Below are positions 1 to 7,289 of a stretch of DNA of 7,455 bases, piece by piece. Made by a program: the position numbers and the translations under genes. Where the stretch lies: the NCBI GenBank assembly GCA_018985225.1, contig JADGIF010000507.1, forward strand, positions 1 through 7,455. Direction: 5' to 3'. The notes under the pieces were generated by a model, which ran no database searches, had not been told where the DNA came from, and worked only from the letters and a program-made list of their open reading frames with translations. This DNA comes from Amoeboradix gromovi X-113 (taxonomy: Eukaryota; Fungi; Sanchytriomycota). How positions within the stretch are numbered: position 1 is the first letter of the stretch; each line of letters opens with the position of its first letter.

Positions 1-159
1 ATCTTTTATTAATGATAGCATTTCCTCTGTATGGAGCACCTTCTTTAAAAACGAGTTAGTCTAGTTTTTATATTTGGTGTCCCATAGATACTGTAAAATT
101 GGAAATTCTGGAAAAAGTACTTATTGAAGTGATGCAGCTTATGTAGTCATGATAAATGG

Positions 160-165
160 TTTATT
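160..165 (-). promoter_or_regulatory. Putative AATAAA polyadenylation signal overlapping the kinase stop codon
   Basis: The minus strand reads TAATAAA at the stop codon. Confidence 0.35.
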
Positions 166-1501
166 AGTTCAAGTGCATTTGTACTGCATGCCAAACTTTT
201 TCAACAGATAGTTCGCCATTTAACTCTACCAATAAATTACGTTGTTTATAGTAGTCCAATACAGGCAATGTCTCGCTCAGGAACGTAGCAATTCGATGCT
301 TAGCAGTAACCTCATTATCGTCTTGCCTGCCGCTGGTTTTGCCCCGATTCACAATACGTTCGGCGAGTGTCTCTTTTTTACACTTTAAATACAGTACCTT
401 GGAGACATCTAGATACTGCGAAAGTAGCTTAGCCTGGTCAACTGTGCGTGGAAACCCATCCAATATGATAATTGGAAATCTTTTATTTTGTGCAATTTTA
501 CCAACTAAAAGGTTCATAATGATATCGTCAGGCACTAGGTCACCCTTAGATATACTTTCTTTCAGCAGCAAGCCCACAAAAGACTCGTTCTGGATCTCAC
601 GCCGTAAAAGATCACCGGTAGATATATGACAACAAATCATGTTCTCTAGCATTAAATCACTTATAGTCCCTTTACCAGATGCTGGCCCACCAATTAATAT
701 CAAAGACTTACCGATAAAATTCAAGTTCTCAACTAATTGTTGGCTAGCAAGTTGATGAATAGCTTGCGCGTTGCCGTCCGCTGGAATAATTGATAATTTA
801 TCCAATTTTAGAAAATGGTTGACAAAAGACTCTATTTCTTGTTGATAATCACCCAAATTCAACGCCAACTTCTCGACTTCTAGTGAATTTGGGTATTCTA
901 GAACAGAAACTAGGTTATTGAAATCAACATCAAAAAGTATACAATGACGAGATTTTTGGATTTGCTTTTCAAACTCTAATGCTTCTTCTAATCTGGAAGG
1001 AAAACCTTCAATTAGAAACCCCTTGGGATTTGTTTCCAATTGTTTCTTCAATTCTGCTTTCAAAAGGTACAGAGTAACTTCAATTGGTAAAACGCCATCG
1101 GTTTTAAAAATTCTTACCATAGCCGATACCATTTCGTTGGAAGAATAAGAATTTAGAAATTTTTGAGTGACTTCTTTTAAACAAATATGCCCAAAATTCA
1201 ACTGATCTGATAACAATTTCGACTGTGCGTGGCATATAGCTTCAGAAGCACCATTGACAAACACCATGTTTTGCATGGATGGATGAGACTTCCAGAGTTC
1301 TGATTCTGCGAAATCTGGTAAAGTGGCATTACCCAACATGAGAGGTTTTAAGGGTGAAATTGTAGTTTCTAAATCCATTTTCTTTGCCAACAATGATTTC
1401 AACACATTCCAGGGCTCCTGCTTTCTCAGTACTGTTTCTGTTACTATTTCTGTTAAAAAGTCATAGACCTCTTGAGTATTCAAAAGAAAAGTCTCTTCCA
1501 T
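164..1501 (-). CDS. Tandem-domain adenylate/nucleoside-monophosphate kinase (AK5/AK8-like architecture), 445 aa
   Basis: The C-terminal domain has an intact P-loop GGPASGKGT (665-691), HISTGDLLR, GDLVPD, LDGFPRT and a short LID RGKTSGRQDDNE typical of AK1/UMP-CMP kinases. The N-terminal copy keeps GFLIEGFP, but its P-loop reads GASEAICH (1229-1252). The first ~40 aa resemble an RIIa/Dpy-30-type helical docking segment. ATG start, TAA stop. Confidence 0.9.
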   Translation of the reverse strand: MEETFLLNTQEVYDFLTEIVTETVLRKQEPWNVLKSLLAKKMDLETTISPLKPLMLGNATLPDFAESELWKSHPSMQNMVFVNGASEAICHAQSKLLSDQLNFGHICLKEVTQKFLNSYSSNEMVSAMVRIFKTDGVLPIEVTLYLLKAELKKQLETNPKGFLIEGFPSRLEEALEFEKQIQKSRHCILFDVDFNNLVSVLEYPNSLEVEKLALNLGDYQQEIESFVNHFLKLDKLSIIPADGNAQAIHQLASQQLVENLNFIGKSLILIGGPASGKGTISDLMLENMICCHISTGDLLRREIQNESFVGLLLKESISKGDLVPDDIIMNLLVGKIAQNKRFPIIILDGFPRTVDQAKLLSQYLDVSKVLYLKCKKETLAERIVNRGKTSGRQDDNEVTAKHRIATFLSETLPVLDYYKQRNLLVELNGELSVEKVWHAVQMHLN

Positions 1502-1535
1502 TGAGCAGGTTTTGGCCTAAATTTCAACGAAAGAT

Positions 1536-1541
1536 TTTATT
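1536..1541 (-). promoter_or_regulatory. Putative AATAAA polyadenylation signal overlapping the hypothetical gene's stop codon
   Basis: The minus strand reads TAATAAA at the stop codon, in the same arrangement as the kinase gene. Confidence 0.35.
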
Positions 1542-2796
1542 AAAATTTTAAAATTATAGAACTTCTGAGATCCTCTACGCTTCTTGCAATATTTGCTATT
1601 TCAGCCTTGGTCGTGGGAATAAGGAATAACTGAAAATATGGGTCAGACAAAAACGTCAAGTACACAAATAAAACTACGCGGCACCACTTCTTGCCAACAC
1701 TTCCGACTTCTTTAGAATGCTGAATGGCGTAGCAAAGAAATTCGTTTTTCAAATCAGCTTTTTTATTTTTAAAATGCGACAAGGCATCTAAGAAAGCATT
1801 TATTGGAATCGCTACCCTAAGTTAGACTGTGTTGTACCTGCTTGTAAGCAATTCTGTAATTAAGTTTTGTGCTAGGTTAACCTCGCAATGTAATATTGTT
1901 TGAATTGTCAGAAACATATCTGACTTCCAAATCTTTTTGATGCTATCGTATTGGTCCTTTCCGATTTTCAAGTTTTTATTGTTTTTAAGAAACAGCGTAA
2001 TTCTTTGCTGAGCTAAACTAACATACATTAAGTCTTTATGTTTAGTACTCAACTTTGATGCAACGTTAACCAGAGATGAAATATCAAGGTTTGACTGGCT
2101 CTCACAATTATCGTCTAAAACGCCAACTAAATATTCAACTGATGGAATTGATTTTGAATCCAATATAAATTTAGAATAAGAGGTAATGGAATTGTTAGAC
2201 TTCAGTAATTTGTCCTTAAATATAGATTGCATTGATTTTGGCAAATCTGAAGAATTTAAGAACTTAAGGCAAGCTTCTGGTATAGTTTCAACTATAATGG
2301 GCCCCAGAATGCTGTGATTTAAAGCGTTGTACAAAAACAGAATGTTTCTTTTTTGAAGAACCTTAAGAACAACTGCTACTACAAATCGTGTCATTTTTAT
2401 TGACATCTCTTTTTCCAAATCACACTTAAATATGTTATTTTCCACCCATGCTATAGTTTGATCGTTTTCAACATCAAGATACAGCAGTAAAGGTGTATAC
2501 TGAAATCTGCTTAGCACTTTTAATAATTTATTATTTTCAACCTTGGCTACGACCTCTGGTCCCAATGAGACAAGGCAATGAAGTGTTTTAAATGAATCTA
2601 TCGCTTCTATTAGGGTGCTTATAAGCATCTCAAGAGTGTGAAGTTCCAAATTTGATTTGTGTTTTGCCAAAAATTGTAATATCAATATTTTTTCATTTTC
2701 GTTATATTTTCCCCAGTCATCAATTAAACAATTAATAATTATACTTGTTCTGCAAAGAGATGTAGAATTAGGAATACTTAAAAAATGATTAGACAT
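1540..2796 (-). CDS. Hypothetical alpha-helical protein, two exons (2796-1838 and 1816-1540), ~411 aa; weak CNOT11-like C-terminus
   Basis: ORFs 1822..2901 and 1540..1782 lie in the same frame, separated by one TAA inside a 21-nt GT...CTAACTTAG segment. Splicing gives ...ELLTSRVAIPINAFLDALSHFKNKK... The first ATG is at 2796 (MSNHFLS), which avoids overlap with the RhoGAP. The product is not established. Confidence 0.75.
1817..1837 (-). other. Spliceosomal intron, 21 nt (GTACAACACAGTCTAACTTAG)
   Basis: AG|GT donor and a CTAAC branch-point consensus directly before the TTAG acceptor. It contains the only in-frame stop between two collinear ORFs. Confidence 0.85.
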
Positions 2797-2835
2797 TGAA
2801 AATTCAAATTTCACTGAAAAGTGGCTTTTCGTTTT
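2797..2835. promoter_or_regulatory. Putative minimal bidirectional promoter/5' UTR region
   Basis: Only 39 bp separate the divergent ATGs. The gap contains AAATTT (2806-2811) and the inverted repeat GAAAAG-TGG-CTTTTC (2816-2830). Confidence 0.5.
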
Positions 2836-5216
2836 ATGTCGTCTGATAAAATTTCTATTGAGCAGGAGAATCCTCAGATAGTCATAAGCGACGAGAATCA
2901 AAAAATTCCTCGCGTTCCGAGCACCAACAGCGTCAGAAAATCACTCGACTCTAGAGCTTCGCACGAAAGCTTGGATATTTCCAAATCTTCAAGAATAAAC
3001 TCTAATCATGTAGTAGCATCAGGGTTAGAGGAGCCGCAGCCTATTAAAGCAAGTAATTCACAAAGTCAGAATTCTCTTCTTAAAAATTTGTCCACCAACA
3101 TTGATTCTTCGATGTCTGTAAAGAAATCTTTTAGTGCAAGGTCCTTAGAAGCTGTAGAGCCTAGTAATATCAATTCTGTGAAAGATTTATCAAGCTGCAA
3201 TGACAACTCGCCTCTGGCCAACAGCCCTCAGATTGAAATCTCTCCAAGGCCAAAAATAGATCAAGCATTCCTACCTTCATCACTTTCTATGTCACAAGAA
3301 AAGAATCCTGTGGAAATAATAAACAAAAGTCAAGAATTGAAGCCTAGCAGCTATAGCAATTTAGTCAACTTGAAATCGGATCTTGTAAACACAACCATAA
3401 CTGCAAGTAATATAACAGAAGCTGGGAAATTAAACAACATCCAAGGTGCTAATACAGACGCTTCGAGGAAGTCAGACCTTGAAAAAGCACCAGAAGAACC
3501 CAAAAAGCTTAATATAAAAGAAATGCAAAAGAAGCTTCATGAATCTCAAAGCTCCACTGTGGTTGATAAAATCAAGATTGAATCAAATGGAAATGTCAAA
3601 ACTATGCAAAACAAGATTTTGCTTCCGGGTGCAATACCAACAGATAGACCAAAAACTCAGTTCGATCCAAATGACGAAGTTTTGCAAAAGAGAGCAAATA
3701 GCTCCAGCGGCGAAGATAGTTCTAAATTTGTAGGGCAGCTAAACACAAAGCTTGTCATCTCCCAAGGGCAGCCAGGGACACCAACAGCTATTACAGTTGA
3801 TTTGCCTGACATCACTGTGACAACAGAAAAGAAGTCAAAAGGGTTTCTCGGAATGGGTAAGAAGATCATTGCAGCTGATCCTCTAGACGTAGTACTAGAA
3901 GATGAGGAGGGGAAAATTGTTCAAGAACCAGAAACATTTCATAAATATCTAGAAACATTGGACAATTTCAAGTATGAGAGTATAGCCAGTTGGGGCGTAG
4001 ACTTTGAAGGGTCTGTGTATAAAATAACCCGTGGATTAGCAGACGGAAGGCAGTTGAAGGCGTTAAAATGGAACTCTTATTTTGTTCAGGTATCTCAAGG
4101 CTTTATGTTCTTCCTCTCAGAACAGCCTACAAAAAAGAAACCAGCAAAGAGTTTAGGAATCCTTGATATTCGCGGAGGATCTGTTCAAAGAAAGAATACT
4201 AAAAAAGGTAACGAAGTTATTACAATCTACAACGACTTCGGGTTCCAAATTTATCTAGCTGCGGAAAAAATTGACAGGTTTGATGCCTTATTTGGATCAT
4301 TAGAAAAAAATGTAACATCTTATTCAGATACAGCAGCACCCCCAGATCTTTTGATATATTTTCCCAAAAAAGAAGTCAAAAAGGGACCAGCAGGAGCCCA
4401 ATTTTCGGTGTTTGCTGCCATGAAAGAAAAAGAAGAGGAGGAAAAGAGAATTGAAGATGAAAGAAAGAAGAAAGAAGAAGAAGAGCGGGAGTCGAGCGCA
4501 AACTCTACTGTTAAAACAAAGAGAGGCGCAAAGTTACCAACTAGGTCCAGTAGCGAGTTTATTGCCGAGATTGAGAAGGATCCAGTTGTATTTGGAGTAC
4601 CCTTAGATCAGCTTACGTTCAAGAAGCAAAGAAAAATTCCACTTATCGTGGAAAAATGTTTCCAAATTGTGGAAGACAGAGGAAAAGATGTGGTAGGAAT
4701 TTACAGACTTTCTGGGAATAGCGACGAAATTAAAAAAATTAGGCAGCTAATTGAGGATAATCCTGACACTTTCCCAGAATCATCAAACCCACTTTTAAGC
4801 GATGTCAATAATATTACAGGCCTTTTTAAATTGTTTTTACGACAATTACCAAACCCGCTGATTCCATATAGTGATTACAACAAGTTTATTGAAATTTTGA
4901 GTACTTTTGTATTAATTTAGAAGTCGATGATGAAACTAAATTGACTCAAAGTCTTAAAGATGCTATTGCAAAGCTACCGATGGCCAATAGAGATACTTTA
5001 AAAGCATTATCATCACACATTCAAAGGATGAGTGCTTTTAAGGAAGTCACAAAGATGGATATCACAAATTACGGAATTGTAATTGGACCTAACATATTAA
5101 GACCAGAACAAGAGACATTGGAAACTGCTATGCACAGCAGTTTTCAGTCTGCACTTGTAGAAAAAGTGGTTAAATACTTTGATAAAATTTTCGGGGTAAA
5201 TAATAAACTTTTGTGA
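2836..5216 (+). CDS. PH-domain Rho GTPase-activating protein, two exons (2836-4900 and 4921-5216), ~786 aa
   Basis: A long S/N/K-rich, probably disordered N-terminus is followed by a PH-like domain (FEGSVYK...KWNSYFVQ...LGILDIRG). RhoGAP motifs: VFGVPL, IPLIVEKC, arginine finger GIYRLSG and LFKLFLRQLPNPLIP, then after the intron LPMANRDTLKAL and KMDITNYGIVIGPNILR. The first ATG is at 2836. Confidence 0.92.
4423..4491 (+). repeat. Purine-rich low-complexity tract encoding an E/K/R-rich charged helix
   Basis: The GAA/AAA-rich run translates as KEKEEEEKRIEDERKKKEEEERE, between the PH and RhoGAP domains. Confidence 0.7.
4901..4920 (+). other. Spliceosomal intron, 20 nt (GTACTTTTGTATTAATTTAG)
   Basis: GT...AG ends with a TTAAT branch-like motif before TTAG. 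Removal joins ORF 2821..4920 in frame to ORF 4941..5216 (...KFIEILKVDDETKLTQSLKDAIAKLP...) and completes the RhoGAP domain. Confidence 0.92.
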
Positions 5217-5367
5217 TTTTTAAATTTCCCGCGATTTCGTTATTCATAGCTTTTGATATTAAATTTGAAAAGCTATCCACTGGTTCAACTTGAAAATTTG
5301 TCGCAGCTGATTGGATAAAGGATATTCTAAATTGATAAAACAAATTTCCAGGCTTCTGTTATTCTTA

Positions 5368-7104
5368 ATGAGATACTCAAATGATCTCAAGAAAACTAGT
5401 AAAGTCTCTAGGCAGCGAACTTTAGACAGAAAAAATAGAGCACCAAGGGATAAAAACTTAGTAGAAAATCAGGTAGGTTTGCGAGCTAAAGTTTTAAAAT
5501 CAAAAATACTATTCTTGCCCTGGTATTGGAGAATAGCACACTTAACTCTTACAGCTGCAACATTTTTCTGGACCTACGTAAAATATAATGGATTCACCGT
5601 ATTCAACTCTACAAACATCGCAAACCCTACTCAGATCCAATATCAAATACAGACCTTCCAGCTTCGCCCGTTCATAGGAATATCCAAAGCTAGCGCTGCA
5701 GTAATAAACTTACAGCTTGGCCTGGTGTTAATTCCTGTAACTCGCTCATTAGTAAGTGCTCTGCGGTCTTCATTTGTGAACCATATAATGCCATTTGATT
5801 TCTCTATTGGTGCACACAAAGCCATAGGTAAATATTTCATAGCCTTTACAATAATTCATGTTGTTGCACATATGTTTAACTATAGGTCTTTCACAAATAA
5901 GATAGACGTATTACCAGTAGTCCAAAACTTAGCTTCAGGTATACCTTCTTACTGGTCATTGGGAGTTACTGAGTATCTATGGATTACAACGTTTCCTGGC
6001 TGGTCAGGTATAATATGTGAAGTGCTGGCATTTCTTGGATTCACTGCGGCACTAGCTAAAGTAAGAGCTCGGAATTTTGAATTATTTTATTATTCTCATC
6101 ATTTGTTTTTTGTAATGTTCTTGTTCTTAGTTCCCCACGGAGAAAGCTGCCTTGTATCCAGTATCACTAGTACTTCTTGTAAAAGTGGGGGTGATTTTAA
6201 AAAAAGTGCAATGGTGGGTGCTTTGTTCTACTTCGTTGATAGAATAGTTATTAGACAAGTCGTTCGGAATCCAGAATCTTCTAGAATAGTTAAAGTTATA
6301 AGACACCCAGGCCAAGTTATGGAGCTACATATTGAGCCGCCATTCTCTATAGGGGGCAGCCTGATTGTAAACAGAAGTGTGCCGGGCAGTGCAATTCTCA
6401 TTAATTGTCCCAAGGTATCAAAGCATGAATATCACCCATTTACACTGACTAACTGTCCCTCGATGGGCGTTTGGTCTGTTCACATCAGATGCGTTGGAGA
6501 CTGGACCATAAAATTCGCAGAGTGTTGTGGAATTACATTTACAGAAGATGACACGAAAAGTGGGATCGAGAACCTACCTGCCATAAAAGTTGATGGACCC
6601 TTTATTTCTGAATGTATAGATGCAATCAAGCACCCGGTATCTCTCCTTATTGGCGCTGGAATTGGTGTTACTCCATTTGCAGGTATACTAAGAGATATTC
6701 TGACTCGTATTATAACCGGAAATACTAGTTCAACAATCAAAAAGGTGTATTTCATATGGATATGTAGAGGAACAAATAGTTTTGAGTGGTTTATTGAGCT
6801 ACTTAGGGAATTTGATGGATATTTTCACATGGTAGAACCATACATATATATCACACAAATGGAAAACCCTATGGCAGTTATGCTAGAACCTCTGTCACAA
6901 TCATCTGATGTTATAACTGGGTTACCTTTTCCATCCCAATTTGGACGGCCGAATTGGTTTTCAATTTTTGCTGAACTAAACAAAACACACCAACATGATG
7001 AAATCGGTGTTTTCGTAAGTGGTCCTAAATCTCTGTCCGATGAAGTCAAGCAAGTAACTGATTCTTATGGTAACATGGAATTCAACTATTCTCATTTTCA
7101 ATGA
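5368..7104 (+). CDS. nox: NADPH oxidase, gp91phox/NoxA-NoxB-type flavocytochrome (divergent), ~578 aa
   Basis: The transmembrane region has heme-ligand His pairs in AHKAIG...IHVVAH and FYYSHHLF...PHG. FAD motifs are EYHPFTLT and HIRCVGDWT. NADPH motifs are VDGPF, LIGAGIGVTPF, VYFIWICR, FEWF, ITGL, FGRPNW and GVFVSGP. No EF-hands are visible. The first ATG is at 5368 (the track's 5311 start is TTG). Confidence 0.92.
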   Translation: MRYSNDLKKTSKVSRQRTLDRKNRAPRDKNLVENQVGLRAKVLKSKILFLPWYWRIAHLTLTAATFFWTYVKYNGFTVFNSTNIANPTQIQYQIQTFQLRPFIGISKASAAVINLQLGLVLIPVTRSLVSALRSSFVNHIMPFDFSIGAHKAIGKYFIAFTIIHVVAHMFNYRSFTNKIDVLPVVQNLASGIPSYWSLGVTEYLWITTFPGWSGIICEVLAFLGFTAALAKVRARNFELFYYSHHLFFVMFLFLVPHGESCLVSSITSTSCKSGGDFKKSAMVGALFYFVDRIVIRQVVRNPESSRIVKVIRHPGQVMELHIEPPFSIGGSLIVNRSVPGSAILINCPKVSKHEYHPFTLTNCPSMGVWSVHIRCVGDWTIKFAECCGITFTEDDTKSGIENLPAIKVDGPFISECIDAIKHPVSLLIGAGIGVTPFAGILRDILTRIITGNTSSTIKKVYFIWICRGTNSFEWFIELLREFDGYFHMVEPYIYITQMENPMAVMLEPLSQSSDVITGLPFPSQFGRPNWFSIFAELNKTHQHDEIGVFVSGPKSLSDEVKQVTDSYGNMEFNYSHFQ

Positions 7105-7289
7105 TTTTAGAGAAAATTTGAGGAAATGAACTAGCTTGACTATTTTCTTGAATAAATCATTTATCGCGAGTTTGTATATATTTTTGTATCATTTCAAGAC
7201 TTTTCCAGATTTTTCTACTAGCTTAAACACTCGACATTCTTCCTTTTCGCAAACGGTAAATCAATTCTAAATAAATAACTAATGGGTAG

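Noticed and set aside
339-629. 96-aa plus-strand ORF
   Set aside because: It is antisense to the conserved kinase domain, starts at a non-ATG codon and has no recognisable motifs.
682-711. Minus-strand GTAAGT...CAG 30-nt candidate intron in the kinase
   Set aside because: Removal would delete the start of the intact P-loop.
1822-1824. TAA reassignment or readthrough joining the two minus-strand ORFs
   Set aside because: The long ORFs have no internal TAA/TAG codons, TAA ends two genes, and this stop lies within a good intron candidate.
2797-2901. Apparent overlap of ORFs 1822..2901 (-) and 2821..4920 (+)
   Set aside because: This is an artefact of TTG/GTG starts. The first ATGs at 2796 and 2836 remove the overlap.
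3539-3869. Short ORFs 3539..3733 (+) and 3657..3869 (-)
   Set aside because: They are nested in the RhoGAP CDS in alternative frames and have no motifs.
4941-5216. Independent 91-aa gene or RhoGAP frameshift pseudogene
   Set aside because: It is better explained as exon 2 after the 20-nt intron.
5473-5491. 19-nt GTAGGT...CTAAAG candidate intron in the nox 5' region
   Set aside because: Removal shifts the frame and there is no upstream ATG in the required frame. The ORF is already open.
5643-7049. Five short minus-strand ORFs inside nox
   Set aside because: They are antisense shadows of a well-supported CDS.
7054-7129. Splicing to TTTTAG (7110) to restore a KENF-like nox C-terminus (downstream ENLRK)
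   Set aside because: No nearby GT donor is in the required phase, and FNYSHF already aligns with FNKENF.
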